Shown here piece after piece: positions 1 to 11,594 of a stretch of DNA of 20,000 nt. A program made the translations under genes and the position numbers. Within the stretch, counting starts at the first letter, position 1. Each line of letters opens with the position of its first letter. A model generated the notes under the pieces. That model was given only the letters and a program-made list of their open reading frames with translations, was not told the DNA's origin and did not search any database. Source of the stretch: Folioceros fuciformis (lineage: Eukaryota); NCBI GenBank assembly GCA_049999805.1, contig JBNGIO010006373.1:278735-298734 (forward strand), given 5' to 3'.

Positions 1-6
1 AAGTAC

Positions 7-3000
7 CAATTGCTTGTCAAAAATGGTGACAGTGAGTAACATTGAGAATGCCCTCAAAGCAGCCAGCTGTGCATCACCCAATGCAGCCATTTCATTAGCG
101 TGCCTCATGGAGCGCAATGTATTCTCTGCCTCAGATGGTGGCAGAACTTGGGGGCCGTCCGATTGGGGCCACCACTCATACCCCAACTCACTCTCTAAAG
201 CGAAGGTATTGTACAGAAAGCTGTCCCCATATGCAGGATATAAATATGCCATTCGTTGCTCTGAATTCGGGTTCAGTAAAATATCAAACTCATTGTTCCT
301 CAAATAATCTGCAATCTGTCGGAATGGCCCTGCTGGTATTGGTCGTCTCACAAGGTCACCTTGAAGGTGATGATACAGGTCACTCATGAGCATAGTTTGC
401 AGTTGCTCACCATAGCTGAGAACAAACAATAGAGGAACTTCAGTGATGGACAGAAGCTCCCGACATTTTCCTTTCTGAACTTCAAATGTTTAGCAATGTA
501 AGTAAAAACCTGTTGAAGGACAATACCTATATCCTCGAGCAGAATACTGGCCTAAAAGTTCAACAAAAGGGGGAAGCTGGAAGACCTATGAGAAACAACA
601 CGAACTTATGTCAGATCCTTGAAAACTGTCAACAAGCCTTCAGAACATGTTCAGCCAAGTAACGCATACCTGCATCGCTGCCTGTCTTATCCTCCCAGCC
701 AGGGAGGAACTTAGTCCCCTGTCAGTACCAGATAGAATTTTACTCATTAATCCCACAACCATGACTCTTGTATCATCCTGCATACAGCAGAAAACAAGTA
801 GCACACACCCCTGATTGTTAGCACAGGCAAGTCACGTGGACAGGACGTCACTAAATAGGCAACAAGGGCCAGTACATCCCGACAGCATATAATGAGCGAG
901 TTTTAGTACCTTAGCATGTTGGATAGCATCTTTATCAAACAAAGTACCCGAATAGACATGCAACATGTTTCTGGTCTCCAAAAGGCCACGCCATTGTTTA
1001 ATAACATCCACAGCACCAGACTCCTTGCTGACAAAGGGTTTATTGTTGGTCTTGTTCTTCTCCTGACTCTCATCGGCCGTTTTTTCACTTTTGGAATCAG
1101 CGAGATACAGAAGGTGCTGCTGTAAGAAAATATCGTGCGCCAAAAGGTTAAATACAGTAGCCTCACACCGATAAAGGTGAGCATAGGAGAATGTTTCCTG
1201 GTTACTCATGCAGGCCCTAAAGGGCTCCCCGGAATCTATTCCGACAATGAGGTTGGACAAGGGTGTGTTTGAGCAACTGGACGAAACACAGCCAGCCAGA
1301 ATCTTCCAGAATCCTTCACGAGTCCTAAGATTCTCTATCACATGGAAATACTCCATGCCACCTTGCCAAAATGAGGCCATCAAGTGGAGTACATGGGCTA
1401 ATATCTTGGGGCGGCTGCAAGCACGCAGAGTATCCAGGCTATTAACCGCAACAAAAGCACCATGATAACAAACATCAAAATGCAGACTAATGCGACATAC
1501 CTATGTAACAGAGTCGCAGCTTTCGCCAGGTAGCCCCATAGCACATGAAGAACCTCACAATTGTCAAGAGAAAACTGCATATTGGATTTCAGATCCCTTT
1601 GGGAAGACAGCAGGGGTCCTTGCACCCCAGCAGAACCTGATCTGTCCTTCGAAGGCTCTGAAGGGAAGATCAAGAACTCCACCAGTGCAGGCTGAACAAG
1701 TGGAATTATAAGTGAAGAACGGTACACTAAATTCCTATCATGAATCGGCTTGCGGGCTGAAAATTCACTTCAAAGATTCTCAACTATGATAAGCGAGGAC
1801 TTCCAGTCATATTCTCAACTACCTCAAATACTGGGTAAAATACCTGAAATCTTATAGCGGTCGCAACCAAATCAGAAACAGCTTCAAACAGTGGATAGTT
1901 AGAGTATGCGTTTTCCTCAGCCAACAATTTGGCAACCATAAACCTAAGCGGTTTCCGCTGCAAAAGACAAACTAGTCATATCAGAAAAGCAGAATATTAT
2001 GTGCTGGTGAAAGGTGAAGATCGGGGGTAATCAAATTGCCAGTTCGACCAAGTAATTGCAAACCTGTTCAGCCAGTATGTAGGTTGCTATACTTATGGGA
2101 TGAGGGCGTGCCATGTGAGACGACATACAGAGGCTAGTCAATGCCTTTGCACTGGCCAATTGAAGGTCCTGTCACCACCATACATGCTAAAGTCAGAGAG
2201 CCCCGAAGATCAGGTCACCAGTTGCTCTAGAAAGGTAATTATTGCTTCTCAATTGCTCACCACATTGCGAGGGAAGTCTAAGTATGACGCTATGACTGCC
2301 ACAACAGGCATCGGACCAGCAGCACGGCGAAAGAGCGTATGCCACAACATCGACAAGCCCGGATGATCCTAGATTCCAAAACAGAACGTTGTTCAAACAT
2401 TCAAACTACAGACTACTAGCAGAAGATAGCTGCTCCATGACAGTTCAAATAGCGAGACTAGAACAAAATAAATGATCTTCACCTTGGACCTACAAGTAGA
2501 TAGCTATTTGCAGACAATCCAAGGATCACTGCGACCATACCTTAGAAGCTCGGCTGATCGTGATATTCAGAAAAACTTGGTGAATCAGCATCAATACCAT
2601 GCGAATAGCGTGTTGAAGACACTCCAGTTCTTTAGGGCGAACAGAGCGGTTGAAATGAAGGTCCTGAAAACATGACACAACCAAAAGATGATGAAAAGTG
2701 TACAACCTCAGATGCACATTACTTGAGGACAAAGTAGTGAGTAGCACCTCAAGGACTGGTGCGCCGATAGAAAGCACTTGCAGAAGGACATCATGAATCA
2801 TCACGTCATATAGTATTGAATCTAAAACACTGAATTCAAACTTTTGAAACTCTGGACGCCAAATAATCCCTGACAAAATATTATGAACCATCTGAAATGC
2901 CTGCACCACATCAAATCAATAAGCAGACGGCACTCAGAGAACTATTCCATGTTGCAGAATCTGAAAGTGCCAACCATCACAGCCGACAGAAAGTAAAATG

Positions 3001-6000
3001 GGAACCTTGGTAGTTATCTGCCACCGCTCATGTCTCTGTTGATACCTCCAATTGCCATGATTCACTAGGAGGTTGCGTACGACATTCATGACCAGCGAAG
3101 CAAGTGACTCTGAAAGTACTCCCCTTTCAAGTAATACGATACTCAAGTCTAGCACTGCAGAAATAGTTGGAGAAAATGTCAGACCCGAAAGTTGAAAGAT
3201 GCAAACCATAATGCCCTGGCACTACAAAGACGCACCGGCCAAAGTGAAAGGGTAACGCCCCACAGTCTGTTCTGTTCTCAGCAGTAAAACCTGCAAAAGG
3301 GTGCCCCCAATCACTGGCCCCCCAACACTGCAAGAGGCACAGACTATCAGGTTACAACAGGCTCCAGAACAGAACCATCTCAACAGCAAGGTCTACAGCA
3401 AAACATACGCGCCTGAGACTAATTTTGGTCCCAGAAGGCTGCAACAAACTAGTCCTGCTGACCTCCATTGCAACTTGGGCAGCACAACTGCAAGCAATTG
3501 ATGGCAGCACCGGTCAAGGAAAGTAAATAGCCTGCTTAGCAGGCTGCATGTGGCCAGCAAACACAGAAAGCATTAAAATCACCAACGGAATGCACAGGTT
3601 TTACCAAAGGCAAAATGATGAGAGGATCCGAAGGCAGGACGCAATTAACAGATCATCTCCAGAATTTTGCACAAGGTTGCTAATTACAGAGCAGATGATG
3701 CCCACAACATCAATCCTGTAGCCACGTAAATGCAATGTCATTAACCCCTACAGCAGTAGTCACACCAATCCAATCGCGGAGATGACTAGACAAACCATTT
3801 GATGCTGACTGAAATTTACCGGAGGTAGCTCTCCATAACCCCTTTTTCACGGCACGTTGCAGCAGCAATGGAATTGTCTAGCTCCAAAAGCAGATGTGCC
3901 AGCCCCTACATTCACAAGCTCCATATTCAACAACTTTGTACCAATTTCACAGACGGTTCTGTGATTGAAATATTCCACTGTGAGCAGGAATTACCTTATT
4001 TGAAGAAAGCATTTTGCTCAGTAGTTTCAAACTAGCCTCCACTTCTTGAAGGTCCTCAATATTTGCAGATCGGTGCAGCATCCTTAGAAGAAGGAGAACC
4101 ATGCCACTGTGACAGCACTGCAAGGGACATGCACTGATGCTCAGAAGTTCCAGGGATATTGTCACACTCAGCTCCATCGCCTTGCTATAGGGAAGTCTAA
4201 TCAGAACCCCAGGGTACCATTCAGCAACAGTGCAGCGTTTCCACATGATAGACCCTTACCTCCCACCGAACAAGACATAAACCAGAAGACGTGTCCCGCA
4301 ACACACGCCCTGAGCTACCAGCCGGAATAAGCAATCCTGGAGCATCTGGAAATTGTAAAGCTGTGGGAGTTTGAACAATATCTTCAACCGTGACACCGTC
4401 TTTCACGAGCGAACCAGGTGGAGGCTGATAGAAACATGTGATATGAACCAACTTGTATAGAAAATCCCACCTGAAGACCAAGACGGCATTCCAACATTGA
4501 AGAACTCTCTGCCAAATGGGCAGAAGTGCAGTTTTTCAAAAGTAACCATTCAGCAAAAGTTGTACATACTTACACACATTCAGCTGGCCAGGTTCCTTCA
4601 CACTGAGCTGCAAGTAGACGAATGAGAGGAACTGATTGGAATGGAAAATACTCTCTGAGAGAGAACAGGAGACTGCGGATGGGCCCATCAATTACACTTT
4701 CACGGTCCCAGAATTCAAGACACAGGGCCTCCTGTAACAATGCATGTTACTTGTCAAAATTTGCTTTTGTGACTTTTCTGGAAAGTAGCAACCAAGCACA
4801 ACAAAAACACTGAAATCAAGAATCTTCACCTGACCCCGATAGACCTCACATAGGATGTCAACCAGGGAATCAAAACCATCAGAATCTACCTGGATGAAAA
4901 ATGTAAGTGCATTAGTACATTCGAAAATTGCACAGAATCTTTGTAGGGCCCAGGACAATCTGCTCTGGAAATCCAACACCAAACAAAACGAGCCAATGTG
5001 ACATGTGACATGCTCAATGTGACACAGCAGCATGACGATATCTACTCACCTGACCAGCAAAATCGTACGCTGCTAGGAGAGCAGCTATCAGGGTTTTCAC
5101 TACATTCTTATATCCACTTCCTTGGTTCTGAAACAAAGCAGCAGCTCGCATAAACTGAGCACAGTGATCAATTCAAACTGTAACCTCACGAACCAGGAAT
5201 TGAAGTACTTAGCTTACATCAGATTCTTGCAATGGCTCGCTCTCCAGAAGTTTCAATAAGAAGTTGTAGCTCCCAGCTCGGTAGGCTTGCCGCACATACT
5301 GCGTGTGGTCTATCTCCTGCAGGACAAATAAGAACACAAAAATAACCTCAACATCTGTATTTGAAGGAGAGCATAACCCACTCATGAGGCATACTACAAC
5401 CGCAACCACATGAGTGATAGTTGTGGACGCGCGGACACAGAAAAATTGGATACTAACTGGAATTGGTGACTGGCCAGCAGTCTCTGGTAAAATGGTCACA
5501 AGACAGATAAAAGTTCCCCATCCCAACAACAGAGGTGCGTAGTCAGGGATGCTAGCAAAGTCCAGGCCCGCCATTATGGAATCCAGCTGCCCAAGATCTT
5601 CAACAGTGATCGAGTGCTCTCCTTGACTGGGAAACATGAAACCAGTATACAAAGTTTTGGTCACGATTAAGAAACTCATGATGAGGGACTGATTGAGCAG
5701 CATGTATCAGATGAAAACATATCTCAGACCTGAATGGAACTTCCCCATGAACCATTGTAAGCAGATTCTCCAGGTCGAGGGCTTCCAGAAGAATGAGGAG
5801 AGCTTGATGTCTCACATGCTTGACTAGCCTTTCTGCTTCCGGGGTGACTGACAACCTCTCCCCAGCAGCAGATTCGAACACGGATTCCTGGCAATGAGGA
5901 AGAACACGTTTTTCAATATCGCTCTACGAACATCAATATGCTTGCATTCTATTTCAAATGTCAGCGAAGGTACCTGAAAGATGGTAAGTAGCCCTTCCAA

Positions 6001-7425
6001 CCGCCTTGCTGCGCAGGTACACAAAGGCTCATAGTACAGTAGGAAAAGGATGTCCAAAAGAAGTGTTTGTTCTAGAGCCATCTCTTCTGCCCAAAGATCA
6101 GCATGCTCCCGCTCCTGGACAAATGTCCATCATGTCACAGAATTATGCCCCGCAACCATCCAGAGCAACTCAATGAGAAAAAATGGAGGTCTACCTGCAT
6201 TTAGTTGCAAGCTAAAGAAAAGTAGTTCGAGGATCTATACCAAATGCTGAGGCTGTGCGGCACAAAGTTGTACTTTCAAAACCTCAATCAATTTCCCTTC
6301 AAGGTCACTTGAGAGAAGTTTCTTCACTTCCTCGTCTATAACGCCACAACAGCTAGACCTCACTCCTTGTTCAGCCACTGCAGTACACGAAAGAGTAATT
6401 CATCGCTTAAGCGACAAAACCAAGACTTCTCAATGCTGTGGAAAAATACCCCAAGAAAACAATCTGCAAAAACTCACTTTGGAAAGCTAGAATAAGTCGA
6501 AGACTTTTCAGAAGACATTGTCTCTCCACAAAGTAGAACATCTCAACCTGCACACACGAACCTGAAGACCTTGAGCATCTCAGGCGTGGACATGCATGAG
6601 ACTGCTACAAATTACTTCTACATAGTAGGAATGGAGTCGGAGAGACAGATACATGCCAGCACTCGGGCAACGGCGACGCCTTACATTATGAAGAAGTTCA
6701 TTGTCCACAATCACAGTTCCATCTGCTGTGGACTCCAAAACCCTGCTGAGCAATAAATACGTCTGTACTTCGTCCAGAACCTGATCAGATCCACCACTCA
6801 TACGAAAACTTAGCCATCAACGCTGGACCACCCCGTTCCCTGAATGCACCCCAAGTTCCATACACACCAGGTGCTTGCTGACTTGCAATGCCACGCCCTT
6901 CCATTCCGGCTTGATTTCCAGCGTGTGGTCCCCGACCGCGATCTGGGCAGAGCTTAATGCTGATTCCGATGTGCTGCTCGGAGGCTTGAACCAAGCGACA
7001 CTGTTGAGAAGCCATTTCTGGTGGGAAGCTAGTTTACTAACCTGCAGGCCACCAAGCAAGCATGACGCTTCTCAATCCCGCGCATACATGTCCGAGAATC
7101 CCACAGATGCACGCACGACTAAATCCCACACAGCGACTATCAACTCAACAGACAGCAGTCATCCCAGAGCCCAGGACATTCCCATTCTCACGGCATAAAT
7201 CGTTAGCTCTGATTCAGGACACGGCACGGCGCGTACCAATGCGTCCAGGACCTCAGACTGTGCCCTGCCAGCTTCTCCAGAGCCCTCGTTTCCAGGTACC
7301 CCAGAGCTCTGCGAGGCTCCAATTTTGTCCAGAACGTGGAAGAGCGATTCGAAGGAATCCCACCAAAGGTCAGCATCTACTTTGAGCGTAGCCGCCTGCT
7401 CAATTGCTCTTGCAACGCTAGCCAT
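7..7425 (-). CDS. NUP188: Nucleoporin NUP188 homologue, multi-exon, 3' end outside the window (29 exons, ~1417 aa visible)
   Basis: ATG at 7425. Manual splicing gives one open, phase-consistent frame. Exons (minus strand): 7425-7237, 7041-6868, 6780-6685, 6547-6478, 6377-6241, 6114-5974, 5887-5730, 5626-5458, 5316-5218, 5127-5050, 4889-4830, 4731-4574, 4470-4260, 4117-3995, 3905-3820, 3715-3605, 3487-3413, 3327-3236, 3154-3006, 2900-2748, 2663-2541, 2368-2261, 2168-2064, 1957-1844, 1691-1501, 1414-910, 777-670, 585-527, 415-7. All introns are GT-AG except one candidate GC-AG. Peptides VDADLWWDSFESL, WFKPPS, LDEVQTYLL, ERQCLLK, LWAEE..LLDILFLLY, FWDRESVIDGPIR, EGTWPAECV, EQTVGRYPFT and SDLYHHLQG match plant NUP188 as recalled from the Arabidopsis protein; no database search was run. 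Confidence 0.92.
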
Positions 7426-8290
7426 AGAGTGACGCCCGATGCACACAGACGTGCTACACCCCCGACGAGCGAGTAAATTTAATCCACAACTCTAGCAGCA
7501 GGCCAGAATTTGGTGCTCAGCAAGTGCCATGTAATGCGGCCTTGCCAAAGGAAAGGTTGCCTGGAGCCAAGCGATGAATCTCCTCACCTTGACGACCTGT
7601 ACCAGATTCAGATTCAGATTCAGCTGCGGTGGATAGTTGAGCAACTCTCCGGGGATTTTTTTTAATGGACAAGATGAGGCAGCGGTGTCGTGCGCACACG
7701 ATCCGAGCGCTAGACCAGTCCACCATTACCTTGTCCTACTGCGCGTGCCTGACTCAGCCAAGCAATTCGCGAAAGACGGAAGGCGGGAAACGGACCTGTT
7801 GGCCCTAGTCTTGCCCTAACTCGGACATCTTCTCGAATACATTTCAAGTTCACCAGCGCGATATTGAATAAGTTAGTACTGGCCACTGACATTGTTCGAC
7901 TTCGTCCATTGTTGTCTTGCGATCCAGGACTTACAAACGGAACGGGAGCTGGCCCTCACAGGTGTGAAAGACTGTATGCAACGCGGCCAAGGATGCTAGG
8001 ACAAGCAACCCAAGGATACTTGTCTGTCCTAATTACAGCGCAGGACATGAGCGTCGTTGTTACACTTAGGGGCTGGATTCAGCCACTGTCACGGTGGCAG
8101 GTCGGTCCTAGCACGTGTGCTCCAGCCGGTCGTTCCATGACGGGCCGCACAGTTTCACACATCAAGTGGAGCAATGGTTTCACCATCATGATGATGTGGT
8201 TATTTATTTATATTATTCAATATAATAATGTGTACAATATTATCATTATTAGATAATTTAATAGCAGATATTGAAAGCATACCTTATCTC

Positions 8291-8474
8291 ATGGCTTCCT
8301 CCATCGCTTCACTCCCTCTTCCATGGCTTCACGCTTCTTCCATTGCTTCACTCCCTCCTTCCATGGCTTCACGCTTCTTCCATAGCTTCACTCCCTCGTG
8401 GCTTCTTCCATCGCTTCACTCCCTCGTCGCTTCTTCCATCGCTTCACTCCCTCGTGGCTTCTTCCATCGCTTCA
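8291..8474. repeat. Tandem array, ~6 copies of a 28-bp CT-rich core (tggcttcttccatcgcttcactccctcg), first copies extended
   Basis: Units are directly visible head-to-tail. They explain the repetitive ORFs in three frames (ASSIASLP / LLPSLHSL). Confidence 0.9.
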
Positions 8475-8781
8475 TTTTGTCGGCGTGCCATTGCACTACC
8501 ACATTCCCTTGGCCGTGGCGTACCTAGGCATTATGATTGCAATGGAATCTACATACATGTGCCTCTTGCAAGCAATCATGTTGGGTGTCCTTCAATGTAG
8601 CCATTGAAGCAACTGACTCATCATCATTGGCATTGATGTTGGGTTATCGAGCGTTGTTTAACAATTGCAATTGCAAGTTCAAGACAAGACAGTCGGGTTC
8701 TATGATTACTAGAAGTATATATATAGACATATGCTATATACTAGAAGCCCATCATTCTTTGATTAACAACTCATGGGCTCG

Positions 8782-8819
8782 TACAATGATACAATGTTCA
8801 TACAATGATACAATGTTCA
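8782..8819. repeat. Perfect tandem duplication of 19 bp (tacaatgatacaatgttca x2)
   Basis: 8782-8800 and 8801-8819 are identical. Confidence 0.9.
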
Positions 8820-8821
8820 AG

Positions 8822-9000
8822 AGAAGAATGCGTATTTTGAAAACCATATTCCACGCAGAGGAATGCGTGTTTTGAAAGCCATATTCCACGCAGAAGAATG
8901 CGTGTTTTGAAAGCCATATTTCACGCAGAAGAATGCGTGTTTTGAAAGCCATATTCCACGCAGAAGAATGCGTATTTTTAAAGCCATATATATTCCACGC
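8822..9000. repeat. Minisatellite, 5 copies of a 35-bp unit (agaagaatgcgtgttttgaaagccatattccacgc)
   Basis: Units start at 8822, 8857, 8892, 8927 and 8962; the last has a 4-bp insertion. There are no spacers. Confidence 0.93.
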
Positions 9001-9726
9001 TATTTGTGCCAACCTCCTCTATGCTCACAACTTAATGCTCACAACTCAAGATACTTCATTTGGGCCACTTAAACATAAAGTTGTTATGTCCTTACTTAAG
9101 CTTGCAGCTTGCAGGTAATTAAGGATCTCTTTGGATACAGAACATCTACTGTATATGTATGTGTATGTGTTCACCAATTTTGTGCAGTTTTTTTGTAGAC
9201 CTTACATAATACCTATATTTCATGGCTGTCGATGGCTCATATGCAAATTTTGTGTAGAAATTTGTCTGGAAATCATCTGGAAATTTTGATGTCATTCTTA
9301 GAACGAAAGCTTTGTTTCTGCCACGAGAAGGTATGGATTTATGGACAGAAGAATTTTCCTATCATCTAAGTTGGCGACAAGGACACGGGATGAGCTTGGC
9401 AACAATCCCACTTAAGTTGCAGTTGGAGGAAGATGAACAAGATGCATATATAGTGAACATGGCAACTTCTTTGGAAGGACAGGATAAAGAGGATGATGAA
9501 GATAAGTTGTGGGTTTTCATTATATGCAAAAATTGTGTATTAAAGAATGCACTGGCGTCAATTTGGAGGAGGATTCAATGAGAACAGATGTTACTAGAAC
9601 ATTAGCTGGAAGTTTTAGATAACATGAAAAATCACATTCTGAGTTTCAGCAAGATAATAAGATTCAACCTTATACAAAGTAGGCAGTTAGTAAACTCAAA
9701 TCTGTGTGTAATTATGAAAAGGGACT

Positions 9727-10324
9727 TGTCGTGCTGTGCCACTAAACATCACACTCACACATGGTTCATTAGTTAACAATACTCACACCACACCACATTT
9801 TACACACATTAAACATTGCATGATTGTGCTGTAGTTCTATAAGAGTGAAGCATTTGCTTCCTTCAGACACCACAAAATCTCCTCCACCTGCATCCACACT
9901 TCTCAAAGCTGTAACTTGGCTTCTCAAATCCTCGATAGGGTTACATGATCTTGCACACTGCGGACATACACACCTCAACCAGATTTCCAACAAGAGAATG
10001 CTCCCTCAAGAGAAAGCCTATTCCCAGAAAGCAAGAAAATACAAGCTTATAGCTGCAGCGAACACCACTAATTTAGACTTTATATTATATTGTATTTTCT
10101 AATCATCTTCACTAAATAATTGTTAATTACCACTAATGTCATTCATTAGCATCACTTAATTATTAACTAATTACTATTTGCATGCATCTAAGCGATAGCA
10201 CACAATCATGCTTGGCAGCTGTCGTGTTGTGTCGCTAAACATCGCACTCATGCATGGTTCATTAGTTAACAATATTTACACCACACCATATTACACACAC
10301 ATTAAACACTGCATGATGGTGCTG
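9727..10324. repeat. Two diverged 105-bp direct repeats (9727-9831 and 10220-10324), LTR-derived
   Basis: Both begin tgtcgtg, share atggttcattagttaacaata...caccacacca...acacacattaaaca.tgcatgat.gtgctg, and are colinear with scattered substitutions. Confidence 0.85.
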
Positions 10325-10326
10325 CA
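9830..10326 (-). repeat. Candidate 3' LTR (~497 bp) of the gypsy element
   Basis: On the minus strand it starts TGCAG immediately after the purine tract and ends ...CTACA at 9830, giving TG..CA with near-inverted termini. There is an internal ctataag TATA-like motif near 10050. No second copy is present in the window to confirm it. Confidence 0.5.
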
Positions 10327-10341
10327 ACTTTATCCCCCCTT
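10327..10341 (-). other. Polypurine tract (PPT) of the gypsy element
   Basis: Minus strand reads AAGGGGGGATAAAGT followed directly by TG, ~110 bp downstream of the pol stop at 10453. Confidence 0.7.
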
Positions 10342-10452
10342 GCTGGTTAGTACTTCACGAACACATATATGTTGCAGCACTGCTACAACATACTAAGAAT
10401 TCAAACATACAGATAACTCCTGAACACAACATCAATCATCCATCAACTTGTA

Positions 10453-10750
10453 TCACCTATTAATGAAGATTAAGTTGTTGGCGCATGACTTTGGCAACTT
10501 CGTACAATTTGGGCAAAACCAATCTTCTTGTGGTACTTCTTCCAAAGCTGGCTATAGACAAAACAGGTAATACCCTTAATTGCAATGATCACACAAGAGC
10601 ATGGTATCTTCTTCATCAGTGCGACCACAAATGCGGCATTCCAAGTCCTTGGGTGGTATCCAAGTGCTAGGTCGTAGCTCTAGATCCAAATCTGGCAAAT
10701 GACATGGAGCTAGGTTCTTCAAATGATCTTGCTAACTTTGTCCATCAGAT
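10453..10750 (-). pseudogene. Integrase C-terminal tail plus PHD zinc finger (finger at 10638-10504)
   Basis: Manual translation: DHLKNLAPCHLPDLDLELRPSTWIPPKDLECRICGRTDEEDTMLLCDHCN*GYYLFCL*PALEEVPQEDWFCPNC. This has C4HC3 PHD spacing with the conserved LLCD and W-x-C-x-x-C. The His ligand is mutated to Tyr (TAC) and there are two in-frame stops, so it is absent from the ORF track. Confidence 0.88.
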
Positions 10751-10751
10751 G

Positions 10752-11594
10752 AACTCGAAAATGCATCACTACCCACACAAGTGCTAAACACTCTCATTCA
10801 TAAGAACAATAGTTCGCCTGTGCTGCGTTCATACTGCGACTAGCATAAGCAATAGGGTGCTCTTCTCCATCCCCAAAAACTTGTGCTAGCACTACACCTA
10901 ATCCAAGCTTGCTGCAGTCAGTATACAACAAAAATTCCCTTGTAAAGTCTGGTCTCCATAAAACTGGACTGTTGCATAGCATGTTTTTCACCTCTAGTAA
11001 TGCCAACTCTTGTTCATGTCCCCAACACCATTCTTCAACAATAGTGTCAATGGCTTCACAATTGAACTCATGTTAGGTATGTACCTTCGATAATAACTTA
11101 CAAGTCCAAGAAATGTTCGCAACTTGGAAATGTCAGTTAGCCTAGGCAATTTTATAATGGCCTCCACTTTGGGCATGTAAGGTGAAATGCCCTCTGGAGT
11201 AATCTCACGTCCCAGGTACAACACCTTGTTGTACACAAATGTACACTTACGAGGATGACATTTAAGCCCCCATTCCTTCAACCTAGCAAGACTTTTTCAA
11301 ACACATGAATTTGCTCTTCAAAAGTCTTGGTGAAGATAATGATGTCATCCACATAACACCTTGCCTCAGGCACGTCTGCCAATGCACCATCATCATTCTC
11401 TTGAAACACCACAACAGAATTCTGTAGCCCAAATGGCATCCTTAGCCATTCATATAATGAATCTCTTCCCTAGAATGCCGCCTTGCACCAATCCTCCTCC
11501 ATGATGTCAATTTGGTTTGCCTAAGATCCAATGTGGAGAAGTAGCAAGCACTTCCAATGTCATCAAAGATTTCATAAGGAGTAGGCATTGGATA
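10752..11594 (-). pseudogene. Gypsy reverse transcriptase and partial RNase H
   Basis: YPMPTPYEIFDDIGSACYFSTLDL, MPFGLQN, CYVDDIIIF (YVDD at 11355-11344), KCTF..KVLYLG, LRTFLGLVSYYRRYIPN, PDFTREFLLYTDCSKLGLGVVLAQ and PIAYASRSM..AQANY. Several frameshifts and stops. Confidence 0.95.

Noticed and set aside
14-7385. Plus-strand ORFs across the NUP188 locus
   Set aside because: These are antisense shadows of the exons with no recognisable motifs.
7492-7587. Possible 5' UTR intron of NUP188 (AAG|GTGAGG ... TGCTAG, minus strand)
   Set aside because: The splice signals are plausible, but there is no coding-phase constraint or transcript evidence to support it.
7603-7623. (cagatt)3 short repeat upstream of NUP188
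   Set aside because: Too short to assign a function; a common simple repeat.
8822-9000. 35-bp repeats of CRISPR-like length
   Set aside because: Units are head-to-tail with no unique spacers, there are no cas genes, and the context is eukaryotic; this is a minisatellite.
8228-9118. ORFs of 60-112 aa with repeated peptides
   Set aside because: They are by-products of the tandem arrays read in several frames.
10504-10638. Independent host PHD-protein exon
   Set aside because: It is continuous with an integrase-tail-like peptide, ends before a PPT and LTR, and is on the same strand as the gypsy pol.
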